DNA of 64,000 bases. It comes from a virus (lineage: Duplodnaviria; Heunggongvirae; Uroviricota; Caudoviricetes). The notes under the pieces are model-generated. The model saw only the letters and a program-made list of their open reading frames with translations. It had not been told where the DNA came from and did not search any database. Location: IMG/VR virus record IMGVR_UViG_3300037010_001573, positions 1 through 64,000 of that record; one strand, written 5' to 3'. Each line of letters begins with the position of its first letter. The first letter of the stretch is position 1. The translations under genes were made by a program, and so were the position numbers. Of the stretch, positions 51,967-61,670 are shown one piece after another.

Positions 51967-53113
51967 TATTTATTTTAGATATAAATATTAACTCATTTTG
52001 GTATTCTGTTAGTGCATTTATGGTAATTTTGAAAATATCAACGGTAAATGTACCAATTTCTCCACTTTCTTTAATAATATTCGGTAACTGAGTAATTATA
52101 TTAAAAGAATCTGAGGAAGCCAAACTTACATCGAATTCTACTATTATATCATTTTCTATTAAAGGGTCATTATAACCTATATTAAATATACGTTTATTTA
52201 AATCAAAATCAGTATATTTCTGTTCATGATCTATGTAATGAGATGTTATTACTTTCATATCATCATCAATGTATATTCTATCACACCATGGCTCCAAAGA
52301 AGCCAAAGCAATTGAATTACATTTTTTGACAACAAACGCTATATTATATTTAACATCACATGATTTACTCCCCCATTTGCGAAAAAAATTTCGATTTGAA
52401 TGAAGTTCTATTTGTTGTGTTTTCGATTGATATTCTTCTGAAAATCTAGATGTTTTGCTAACAAAATGGTAACAAATAGCATCTAAAGAAGTAAATAAAT
52501 TTAAACCATATAATTTAAAACGTTTTATTAAATCATCATCTTCACAAAACATCGGGTTAAATAGACTATCTAAACCACCTATTTCTATTAATTTTGCTTT
52601 AGGGGAACACATAAAAAAAGTAACACCAGGTTCGATTTTATCTTTATTTATTTGACATTCATTAAATGAAAACTCCCTAAATTTAATTTTATCAAAACTA
52701 TCTAAATCTGTACCAAAATCACGTATAATTTTACCAGGGCGTTCATGTCCCGAAAATATAGGAGGTTCAACTGTTGTATATGAAACAATATTGTTAACTC
52801 CCATATGTTTTTCTATATTTTCAATGAAACCTGGAGATAGAATGATATCGTTATGGAGATATATAACATATTCTTTTGAAGATAATTCAGTAGCTTTATT
52901 GAATGTATCTGAAAATGTTTTATTTTCATTTGAGTAAAAATATTTTAAATTTTTATCATTTAAAGAATCTAACCATTCGTGGGTTCCGTCATTAGAACCA
53001 TAACTAACAAAACATATCTCTATTTCAGGATATAATTCTCTAGTTGTGTTATAAAAACTTTTATTATATTCTAAATTATTTTTTAAACCTACTAAAAGTG
53101 ATATATTATTCAT
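51959..53113 (-). CDS. glycosyltransferase family 2-like (N-terminal GT-A domain) with C-terminal extension
   Basis: YGSNDGT...YLHNDI motifs. Confidence 0.5.
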   Translation of the reverse strand: MNNISLLVGLKNNLEYNKSFYNTTRELYPEIEICFVSYGSNDGTHEWLDSLNDKNLKYFYSNENKTFSDTFNKATELSSKEYVIYLHNDIILSPGFIENIEKHMGVNNIVSYTTVEPPIFSGHERPGKIIRDFGTDLDSFDKIKFREFSFNECQINKDKIEPGVTFFMCSPKAKLIEIGGLDSLFNPMFCEDDDLIKRFKLYGLNLFTSLDAICYHFVSKTSRFSEEYQSKTQQIELHSNRNFFRKWGSKSCDVKYNIAFVVKKCNSIALASLEPWCDRIYIDDDMKVITSHYIDHEQKYTDFDLNKRIFNIGYNDPLIENDIIVEFDVSLASSDSFNIITQLPNIIKESGEIGTFTVDIFKITINALTEYQNELIFISKINNE

Positions 53114-53969
53114 TTATTAAAATTTTATTATATAAACTATAATGTTGTTTCGCAACAAAGTTTCGTTTAAAGCGTTCTATTTTAGGTGGGTTTTTTAACT
53201 GTATGTCTAATATATCACCATAAGCATTTACATAATATATATAACTAGGAATACCACACATCCATCCTTCTATTGTTGTTCTTCCTCCAATACCTACTGT
53301 AAAATCAGCGTTTTTTAAATATTCTTCTGTATTATAACATTGATCATTGACTTGAATAAGATCATGTATAAAATCGCATTTACTTCGTGAAATAATCGTG
53401 AGTTTTATATTATCTTTAATACATTCTCCTATAATATGTTTTATCATGGGTAAACGCAAAGAATCATTAATTTCACCTATCAAAACCCCATTTATATTGT
53501 TTCTATGTGTTTGGTATTTTTTAAAACGAGTATCATCAATTGGGTTATAAAACAAAGAAATATTTTTAGTTTTTATATTATGTTGGTTTTTTAGACAACG
53601 GTATATATCAGGTTGGACAGCTATGTAATGTTTTATAGAATCATGTTTGATTACTTCTTCACTACGTAAAACTGAGTGTATAATGGATATTTTTGGTATA
53701 TCCTTAAAACGATTGCATAAAAAGACAGTTGGGTCCGGTTGAGATCCTATTATTAAATCAAAATCATCAGGTAAATTTAACATATTTGTGATTTTTATAC
53801 CCTGTTCTTGTAGATTTTGATATAAAAAAAAAGTTAAATCGGGTTCAGTATATGTAGCAAATATAATGTTTAAGTCTTTAAATTGAGAAAGCCCCATAAG
53901 TAATTCATAATGGTACAACTCACTACCACCCAAACCATTCATATTTAAACAATATACCAATATTTTCAT
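53106..53969 (-). CDS. putative glycosyltransferase (GT-B-like)
   Basis: operon context and NMNGLGGSELYHYEL N-terminus; weak. Confidence 0.4.
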   Translation of the reverse strand: MKILVYCLNMNGLGGSELYHYELLMGLSQFKDLNIIFATYTEPDLTFFLYQNLQEQGIKITNMLNLPDDFDLIIGSQPDPTVFLCNRFKDIPKISIIHSVLRSEEVIKHDSIKHYIAVQPDIYRCLKNQHNIKTKNISLFYNPIDDTRFKKYQTHRNNINGVLIGEINDSLRLPMIKHIIGECIKDNIKLTIISRSKCDFIHDLIQVNDQCYNTEEYLKNADFTVGIGGRTTIEGWMCGIPSYIYYVNAYGDILDIQLKNPPKIERFKRNFVAKQHYSLYNKILINE

Positions 53970-54493
53970 CTTGTTATGTTTTTACCTAATTCTCTAACAG
54001 GAACACCAACATATTTGTGATCCGGTTTTAAAATACTCTTTTTCCCTACAAAACTGCTAGCCCCTATCATACATCCTTCAGGAACATTTATCTTTTGATG
54101 GATTACAGCATTTAATCCTACGTTTGTTTTATTCCCTATTTCAGAATGACCTCCTACTTTTACACCACATGATAAAATAACATCATTGTGTAATACAACA
54201 TCATGCCCAACATGTGAATGTTTCATTAAATAGCAATTTTCCCCAATAGTTGTCGTTCTTTCAACACCAGAATCTATAGTTACTAATCCCGTTATTCTTG
54301 TATTCTTCTTTATTAATACCCCTTGATTTATATGTTCTTTACCTTTCCACTCAGCCGGGTAACCAATAACACAATGTGGGCCTATATATACTCCTTCTTC
54401 TATTTCCACTTTAGGACCAATAACAGCTGTAGGATGAATAAAAATTTCTCCAAAATTAATAGAGGGTTCCATATATGGTGTTAGGTCTTCCAT
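53966..54493 (-). CDS. hexapeptide-repeat (LbH) acyl/acetyltransferase
   Basis: repeated [LIV]G-x-x-x-x hexapeptides (IGPHCVIG, VGHDVVLHNDVILSCGVKVGGHSEIG). Confidence 0.65.
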   Translation of the reverse strand: MEDLTPYMEPSINFGEIFIHPTAVIGPKVEIEEGVYIGPHCVIGYPAEWKGKEHINQGVLIKKNTRITGLVTIDSGVERTTTIGENCYLMKHSHVGHDVVLHNDVILSCGVKVGGHSEIGNKTNVGLNAVIHQKINVPEGCMIGASSFVGKKSILKPDHKYVGVPVRELGKNITR

Positions 54494-54495
54494 AA

Positions 54496-55116
54496 TTATA
54501 ATGTTTCGTAATATTTATTTTGTTTTTCTTGTCTTTCAATTGTTTTAGGGTGGTATAGGTTATAATATTCTTTTGCGGCTAATGTAGAATATGATTTAAA
54601 CCCATCCAATCTTTCATGAACTTTATTTATCCATTTTATTTCAGAACAATTTCGATAGATTCTCCATTGGTAATCTGGGAAGTTTATCCATCCTTGTTCA
54701 TTTACATTCCACCCCCATTTGTTAACATGTTGTTGTGTTAATCCATCTACAGTATTAATTCTAGGAACAAGAATTACGTCGATTTCAGGATTTTCATGTA
54801 GTATAAAAGGTAAATGTTCTAAAAGAATTTTATTCGGAATTTCATCTGCATCTATTTGGAATATGTATTCTCCTTTACATAAAAGATTTAATTTATTTTT
54901 CCAATCAGCAAAATGTCCTGTAAAGTTGTCTTTTGCTACAAAAACATTTGATAATTTATCTAATCCTTCTATATAGTTGTAAACTTCTTTACTTCCATAA
55001 AGATCATATAATATTACTATTTCGTCTTGTTCTCGTTTATTAGAAAGGAGGAAAGAAACTAAACGTTTAATTTCCTCCAATTCATTACAAACAGTTATTG
55101 CATAACTTATTCTCAT
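54496..55116 (-). CDS. glycosyltransferase family 2
   Basis: ITVCNE...QIDADE (DxD) motif. Confidence 0.65.
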   Translation of the reverse strand: MRISYAITVCNELEEIKRLVSFLLSNKREQDEIVILYDLYGSKEVYNYIEGLDKLSNVFVAKDNFTGHFADWKNKLNLLCKGEYIFQIDADEIPNKILLEHLPFILHENPEIDVILVPRINTVDGLTQQHVNKWGWNVNEQGWINFPDYQWRIYRNCSEIKWINKVHERLDGFKSYSTLAAKEYYNLYHPKTIERQEKQNKYYETL

Positions 55117-55119
55117 TTT

Positions 55120-55551
55120 TTAAAGTGAATTTAATGTAGTAACAGCTAAAGCAAATTCTTCTCTAGGAAAATTACGTACATTTTTTAAATCAACTTTATA
55201 TTTTTGGTTTTTTGGGAAACGAGCTTTTTCCTGTTTTGAAATGGGGATCAATGAAGCTACTGACCAACCCCAGGTGTTACTTCCACTTCCATTAGGAAAT
55301 AATATCCCCTTTTCGGGTACGTTTATAGTGCTCGGATACCAAACAAAACCATCAGAATCTGTAAATTCTAGATCTTTAATCAATTCAGGAAGAACCTCTC
55401 GAGATGCTTTTACGAAATCACTATCTTTCACCATATGTGATGTACTTCCATAACCACAATTAAAACACATCCACTGGATGTATTGGGGATTGTGATATTC
55501 ATAACACATTTCGGATTCACAGTGTTGGCATTTTACTAAATTATCTGTCAT
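55120..55551 (-). CDS. zinc-ribbon protein
   Basis: CQHCES...CFNCG. Confidence 0.35.
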   Translation of the reverse strand: MTDNLVKCQHCESEMCYEYHNPQYIQWMCFNCGYGSTSHMVKDSDFVKASREVLPELIKDLEFTDSDGFVWYPSTINVPEKGILFPNGSGSNTWGWSVASLIPISKQEKARFPKNQKYKVDLKNVRNFPREEFALAVTTLNSL

Positions 55552-55603
55552 TTTTATCTTATTTTATTAAATATAATAAATTTTTCTTATATTACCAAAA
55601 AAA

Positions 55604-56905
55604 TTAATTATCTATTTTTACTAATTTAGGAAGAATTAAATCTACATGTTTGGGAAATCTAGGAACATGTTTATCAAGCAAAATATTTAAAGATTTAGTC
55701 ATCATATCTAATGAGAAATTTTGTCTATTTCTAACAGCTAATCTTTTTGCTTTTTCCTGGTATATTTTATATCTATTAACAACATCATTCAGAGCATGTC
55801 CTATCTGATTATCATCCGGTTTAAACCATTGAGATTCTTTTAATATGACATTAGGAACATAAGCACTTTGATGAACATTTGTTAAAGTACCACCTATTAG
55901 ACCAGCAAATTCAGCATTTAAAAAATCCAAATGTCCACTCCACCCAGATGCTATTATTGGTTTTCCGATAGCACTGAATTCTAATAAAGGACGTCCAAAA
56001 CCTTCACCTTTTGTGAAATTAAGCATTACTTTTATCTTTGGGTGATTGTATATTGAATTTATTTCTTTATCGCTTAAATCGCCGTGTATTACGTAAATAT
56101 TCGGGAGTTCGTTACCAGATACAGTTTTTCTGATGTCTTCTATTTTTCTTAATATTTTTTCTTTATCCAATACCGAAGTAGCACCTTGTGATACTTTCAA
56201 TACTAAAGCGGGTTTAGATTTGCTATTTTTAAAAGTTTCTAAAAATGCTTTTATCAAATAACCAACATTCTTCCTATCTTCACCAAAATCTCCTTGAAGC
56301 CAATGTCCTACAAATAAAAAACAAAATGTTTCTGGGATTGTATCTAGGTTTTTATAAACATCATAATCAAACTTATCTGAAGATTTAAAATATTTATCTA
56401 AATCAACACCTTCAAATAATATTTCAACTGGTTTCTTAATTGCTATAGACGCTACTAATTGACCCGCTTGGTTTTTTTGTTCGAATTTACTAGATTCAAA
56501 TACTTTTTTAGAATGATCAGACGATGTTAAAATTAAATCCATTCTATTACAACCATCAACCCATGATGGGTCGCATAATGTAGTTTCTATACCGGCCGTA
56601 ACACCAATGTTGTATTTTCCTACAGATTGGAATTCATTAGGGACTGATATTTGTATCCATATATCGGGCCTTGCTGGAAGATTCATTGTAACTGTACCTA
56701 TTATTCTATCTTTTATATCTTTTTCTTCGGGTATGTCTTTATTTAAAGCTCCAAAAGGAGTCTGCCCCCATCGTTGAGATAATACTTTTATATCCCATTC
56801 TTCTCCTTTTGATCTAATAAGAGATCTTAAAAAATCTCGTGAACGGGCACCATACCCACTTATTGTATCAGCTGGGCAGCTTACAATACATAACGGTTTA
56901 ATCAT
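55604..56905 (-). CDS. glycosyltransferase family 4 (GT-B)
   Basis: GEGFGRPLLEFSAIGKPIIAS motif. Confidence 0.65.
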   Translation of the reverse strand: MIKPLCIVSCPADTISGYGARSRDFLRSLIRSKGEEWDIKVLSQRWGQTPFGALNKDIPEEKDIKDRIIGTVTMNLPARPDIWIQISVPNEFQSVGKYNIGVTAGIETTLCDPSWVDGCNRMDLILTSSDHSKKVFESSKFEQKNQAGQLVASIAIKKPVEILFEGVDLDKYFKSSDKFDYDVYKNLDTIPETFCFLFVGHWLQGDFGEDRKNVGYLIKAFLETFKNSKSKPALVLKVSQGATSVLDKEKILRKIEDIRKTVSGNELPNIYVIHGDLSDKEINSIYNHPKIKVMLNFTKGEGFGRPLLEFSAIGKPIIASGWSGHLDFLNAEFAGLIGGTLTNVHQSAYVPNVILKESQWFKPDDNQIGHALNDVVNRYKIYQEKAKRLAVRNRQNFSLDMMTKSLNILLDKHVPRFPKHVDLILPKLVKIDN

Positions 56906-58257
56906 ATTGAAATTATATGTTTATTTTGTTTTGCTAATTTATTTTCTATTTTAAAAAAATCATGTGATTTTCTAGGAATCCAAGTATTAAATGTTTTATC
57001 TACACATGATATAACATTTTTAGCCATATTTTTAGAAGTCATCATAGCTTCATCTGATAAAACCCACTGACGTGCCAAATCTCCACGACGTGTTCTTTCC
57101 TCTTTACCTAGATAATATACATTTCTTATCTGAACAGCCACATCTCTGAAATCAGCTCTATCATCAAATATATAAGGTGTAGGGATTGATCCTATTAAAC
57201 TCATATTACTAGGAAAGACAGGAAACGCCCAATCTCCACAATCTTTATATTTTCCAAAATGATTAGAACCAAATTCTTCAGTAAAATTAATCCAATTACC
57301 ATTTTCATCAGTAAAACGCATTTGATCTTGCATACCACCAGTAACATTTGCTATAATAGGTTTAGCACACATCATTGCTTCTGTTAAAGATAAACCCCAC
57401 CCTTCATTAGAAGATATCAAGATGCCAGCATCAGCACAATTGTATAATAAATTCATTTGTTCTGGTGTGAATCTATTTAATCCTGTTATGAAAATATTAG
57501 GAGTGTTATTTCCCCAAATCATTTCTATAACCGCGGGTATATCTGTACCATTTTCGTCTAATGGTTGTGTGTGTGCTATTAAAGCTACTTTATCTTTTTC
57601 ATCTTCATTAAGAGAATCAACAAACATTTTCCATGATAATAAAACATCAGGAAATGATTTTCTTCGAATATTTCTAGAATTATATATTAAAACAAATTCA
57701 TATTGTTTCCCATTAAAAATTTGTTTTTTAAATAATTGTAAATCATTCCACTTTTCATCTCCTTCTTTAATAGGAAAGAAAATATCCTCATTAATACCAT
57801 GGGGGACATATTCGATGACTTTGTTATTGGCATCATCCCCTAAAACAACTTGATTAATGTTTTTAGTTTGTTTGGATATAGCCATTAACAAATCACAAGA
57901 ATTGTAATATTCTTTGTTATATAGGGGATATGGTAAAGAATCCCATATATTTAAATAAAAAATAGGAATTTGCGATCTAATTTCTCGTTCATGTATCCAT
58001 AACCATTCCCAATATCTAGGATCAGTAAATAATAAAATAGCATCTGGTTTCTCAATAGAGATTAATTCTCTAATTTTTTCAATAGTACCATATCCAGATG
58101 AAGGGTACAAAGTTACATTAGCATCTTCTATACCATTAAATTTATTAGAATCAGCACTTAAATCAAATCGCTTTCCTTCATCTGGGTTATTTATTGTTGC
58201 CCCTAAATTTACCCAATTGAAATGATGACATGTCCCTAAAACTATCTCTCGGGCCAT
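56902..58257 (-). CDS. glycosyltransferase family 4 (GT-B)
   Basis: SSNEGWGLSLTEAMMCAKPIIA motif. Confidence 0.65.
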   Translation of the reverse strand: MAREIVLGTCHHFNWVNLGATINNPDEGKRFDLSADSNKFNGIEDANVTLYPSSGYGTIEKIRELISIEKPDAILLFTDPRYWEWLWIHEREIRSQIPIFYLNIWDSLPYPLYNKEYYNSCDLLMAISKQTKNINQVVLGDDANNKVIEYVPHGINEDIFFPIKEGDEKWNDLQLFKKQIFNGKQYEFVLIYNSRNIRRKSFPDVLLSWKMFVDSLNEDEKDKVALIAHTQPLDENGTDIPAVIEMIWGNNTPNIFITGLNRFTPEQMNLLYNCADAGILISSNEGWGLSLTEAMMCAKPIIANVTGGMQDQMRFTDENGNWINFTEEFGSNHFGKYKDCGDWAFPVFPSNMSLIGSIPTPYIFDDRADFRDVAVQIRNVYYLGKEERTRRGDLARQWVLSDEAMMTSKNMAKNVISCVDKTFNTWIPRKSHDFFKIENKLAKQNKHIISI

Positions 58258-58366
58258 TGTTGCTATTCCGCTTGTTGTTCTAATTTTTAGATGTCGTCAC
58301 AGAGAAGAAGGATTTTTTTCCTTTTACTCTTCTCAATGTGACGACATTCAGGTGTTTGTTTGTTCA

Positions 58367-59090
58367 TATTGCTTTATTTAAAATATTTTTTATATTTTGG
58401 TTATATTTTATTCTTATTAATTTAATATTATTTTTTAAACAATATTCATCTTTAATTTTATCATTATTTTGAATATACAAAAATGTTCTTTCTCCTCCAA
58501 ATTTTTCTATAGGTTTGTAATGTTGTTCTCCATCAAATTCTATATATATTTTATATATAGGTAAATAAAAATCAAAAGGTAGTTTTCTTATATTTATACA
58601 ATCACTAAAAACATATTGATGGATATAACTAATATTATTTTGTTTTAAATATTCTATTATGTTGTTTTCTCCTTTTGATATTTTACATTTAGGACATCCC
58701 TGTTTTTGTTTTAAATGTCCTTTAGATGACTGTAGAAATAATCCATGTTTTTACATATAATTTTAAGCTTACTTACCATATTAAAGTAAATCGAGTTAGA
58801 ATAATCATATTTATCTCCATGGATGTTCTTAGCTCTTAATATAAATTCATTTTTATCATTAACCAAACTACCCCACCCAGAACATATTTTACATCCAAAA
58901 CCATTTAAACGATCATTGGGTTTTTGCCAAAATGTATGGTTTCTATTACATATAATCTCCACAGGAGTTTTGACATTTATATATTCTGTTAGAGAATAGT
59001 CATATTTATCTCCATGTTTTTTATTGCATCTTTTATAAAATCTAATGTATTTTTTCTCTTCATATTCTTGAATTTTTAGAATGGTTTTAT
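58367..59090 (-). pseudogene. homing-endonuclease-like gene (two zinc-ribbon/HGDKYDYS repeats plus Vsr-like PD-(D/E)xK C-domain) broken by two frameshifts
   Basis: ATG AAG AGA AAA AA-T...; adding one A to the A6 run gives MKRKKYIRFYKRCNKKHGDKYDYS...HGDKYDYS...HLKDI; the C-domain ...GCPKC...LPFDFYLPIYKIYIEFDGEQHY sits in a third frame. Confidence 0.45.
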
Positions 59091-59377
59091 TCTAATATCA
59101 TCAGTAAATATGAATAAATAATTAAATACTACCGCTTAATACCAAATCATTATGGTTGTGTATTTGTTTACGAAACGCGTCATCATTGATATAAAGATGC
59201 ATTGCTCGGTTTGTTAATTTTTGTAAATTAAATTTATTTTTAATACTTGCGACTTTAAAGTCATCGAATAATTCTTCATGTACTTTTACACTTGTAAGAA
59301 TCAATTTGTCATTTTTACTTGCCATAATTTATATTTTATATTTTATATATATATAAATATATGTATTTTTATAAAAA

Positions 59378-60307
59378 CTAAGATTTAACACAAAGAGAAG
59401 TGTTATTAAATTGACACCATTTACATAAAGATGATGTTTTCTTTTCGAATTCTTTATCTAATGGCTTAGCATTATTGTCAAAACAATCTTCTATAAAAGA
59501 ACGAAGAGAATCTATAGCCAATGAACGTTTTCTAGTTCCAGATGCCGGTGAAAATGTTTGTATGCGTGAAATTGGAAAATCACTTTTTTTAGGGATTTTT
59601 CGTTTTACTATAAAGAATTCTACCTCAATTTTAGAAACATCCCAATTAAATAACTTGCTAACATATTCTTTGTAAAAGAGTACTTGGGATACCTTAGCTT
59701 CATCTTTTTTTTCTTTATCTCCCCAACCTCGAGTTGATGTTTTTATATCATAAATGTATAAAGTATCTGTATCCTCATTATACATTATAACATCAATAAA
59801 TCCTTTATATTTTACATTAGGATAATCTTCATGCGGTGAATAAGATAATGGAAATTCTATACCAACCAAATGTGTTTTTGTTGTTGAAAAATATTTAGTT
59901 CTTCTATTCTTAAAAAATTCTACAATATTGGATCCATCTTCAAAAAATTCTTCCATTTCTTCTTTATTTGAAAAATGAACGTTTTTATTGGTGATATATC
60001 CTTTTTTGTATTCCTCTTTTAAATTATTTTCTAATAATTGAATTAAATCTTCATTATCAGCAACAATTCCACCTTTATCATATAATACTGTTAAATAATG
60101 TTGTAATGTAGTATGAATTGCCGTACCAAAAATCAAATGTATATTAGGTGGATTCTTTAATTTATCAACATTTTGTAATTTCCATTTATGTGGGCATTGT
60201 TTCCATGTAGAAAATTGAGAATATGATACTATTTTATCAGTATCCCAATTTATTTCTTCAGCTTTATGTTCAAGTAGTGGTTTTAGATGACTTGGTAGTT
60301 TTGTCAT
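59378..60307 (-). CDS. PD-(D/E)xK nuclease, Cas4/RecB-exonuclease-like with C-terminal Cys cluster
   Basis: GFIDVIMYN...IYDIKTS core and CKWCQF...C cluster. Confidence 0.55.
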   Translation of the reverse strand: MTKLPSHLKPLLEHKAEEINWDTDKIVSYSQFSTWKQCPHKWKLQNVDKLKNPPNIHLIFGTAIHTTLQHYLTVLYDKGGIVADNEDLIQLLENNLKEEYKKGYITNKNVHFSNKEEMEEFFEDGSNIVEFFKNRRTKYFSTTKTHLVGIEFPLSYSPHEDYPNVKYKGFIDVIMYNEDTDTLYIYDIKTSTRGWGDKEKKDEAKVSQVLFYKEYVSKLFNWDVSKIEVEFFIVKRKIPKKSDFPISRIQTFSPASGTRKRSLAIDSLRSFIEDCFDNNAKPLDKEFEKKTSSLCKWCQFNNTSLCVKS

Positions 60308-60722
60308 TATCTAATAATTTATTAATTTCATCATCATTTATACCTCTACTGATTAAGATAGATTTTATTTCATTTTTGCTTAATATACCAATATATTGCT
60401 TTATTTCTCTTGTAGAAAGTTTAAAATGTTCAGCTAAAACAAGCAATAAATCATTATTTGTTTTTTGTTTACTCGTTTTGATATATTTAGCGAATATTTT
60501 CTGGTTAGGTAAATATTCACAATAAATAACATATATCTGTTCTGGAGTTAAAGCCCAAAATTTTTGTAAATAATTAGCCAATTCAATATATGGTTCATGC
60601 ATCGATATAATTTTATTCAGCATGAATTTATTAAATGTCTCTTTATCTTCATCACTAAAACTATACCAAGGATCCTTGATATATGTTACTTGTTTCATCC
60701 AATCCCATATAGAAAGAGCCAT
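60270..60722 (-). CDS. clamp-loader small subunit, T4 gp62-like
   Basis: position downstream of the gp44 homolog and similarity to T4 gp62 (LAK.YQV.T.DAINYKSILTKNG vs LAEHFKLSTREIKQYIGILSKNE). Confidence 0.5.
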   Translation of the reverse strand: MALSIWDWMKQVTYIKDPWYSFSDEDKETFNKFMLNKIISMHEPYIELANYLQKFWALTPEQIYVIYCEYLPNQKIFAKYIKTSKQKTNNDLLLVLAEHFKLSTREIKQYIGILSKNEIKSILISRGINDDEINKLLDNDKTTKSSKTTT

Positions 60723-60724
60723 AT

Positions 60725-60943
60725 TTATTTATCTTTAGGCATAAATTCTTCATTAACATTCCCACATTTAGAACATGTAAAAACAGGAATTGGCATGAGG
60801 GCATCCTGAGCTGTCCCTGTTACAAATCTAGATATTTTTCGTAACAAAACACCTTCAATAAAGACATTATGTTCACAAGTCGAACAATTTATTGGTGTAG
60901 TATCTTTTAAAGATACATTCATATTTAATTCTGTTTGATTCAT
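60725..60943 (-). CDS. zinc-ribbon small protein
   Basis: CSTCEH...CSKCG. Confidence 0.35.
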   Translation of the reverse strand: MNQTELNMNVSLKDTTPINCSTCEHNVFIEGVLLRKISRFVTGTAQDALMPIPVFTCSKCGNVNEEFMPKDK

Positions 60944-60944
60944 T

Positions 60945-61670
60945 TTATTTAATTTTTAGTATTTGTGAAATAAAAGCCATAAAATTCAATTCTCTATCAG
61001 CGATAGAGTTATTCTGCCACATGTATTGTGCACCGTGTATAGCAATATCCGCATGGGATGTACTAAATTCTGAAGCACGCTCATACAATCCTGTATATAA
61101 AGGAATAAAATCATTTACATCTGAATCAACTATTTTTTGACGAATGTCAACCCAAGCCGTTTTTGGTTTTGATTTTAATATAACAATAGTATCATTTAAT
61201 ACATCATTTATATTAACAATTAATGTTTTAACATCCAATGTGTTTTTATCGTCAATACATTGTTGTGTAACATTTATTATCTTTCTAATATCAGGGTAAT
61301 ATGAACGTACTATACTTGCTAATTCGGGTAATTGAAAATTAATATCTTCATTTTCTAATATATCAGCAACATGTTTTGCCACTTCTCCCTTTGTAGGAGG
61401 TTCAATATGAAAAGCCTGACATCTACTTATTAAAGGTTCAATTATACGTTCCGCATAATTTGCAGTTAATATGAATCTGGTTTTAGCGGAGTAAGTTTCC
61501 ATAACATTACGTAAAGCAGCTTGTGCTTGAGATGTCATAAAATCACAATTGTGAGTAAGAATATTACCTTTACTTCCTATAAAAAAATTATGATTTTGTT
61601 CAACAGTTAAATCATATACTCTATGAGTTGTTTCTGTTTTCTTTATTGATTTGATTTTTAATATGTCCAT
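60945..61670 (-). CDS. split-intein C-half (41 aa) fused to the clamp-loader gp44 C-extein
   Basis: MDILKIKSIKKTETTHRVYDLTVEQNHNFFIGSKGNILTHN ends in HN then CDFMTSQAQAALRNVMETY...ILTAN...PLISRC, which matches T4 gp44. Confidence 0.7.
   Translation of the reverse strand: MDILKIKSIKKTETTHRVYDLTVEQNHNFFIGSKGNILTHNCDFMTSQAQAALRNVMETYSAKTRFILTANYAERIIEPLISRCQAFHIEPPTKGEVAKHVADILENEDINFQLPELASIVRSYYPDIRKIINVTQQCIDDKNTLDVKTLIVNINDVLNDTIVILKSKPKTAWVDIRQKIVDSDVNDFIPLYTGLYERASEFSTSHADIAIHGAQYMWQNNSIADRELNFMAFISQILKIK

Noticed and set aside
61621-61670. Frameshift error joining the endonuclease ORF to IntC
   Set aside because: Deleting one A would fuse them, but the IntC gene has its own ATG, IntN ends with a genuine in-frame TAA, and the halves have canonical split-intein lengths. 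I favour a fractured gene, pending resequencing.
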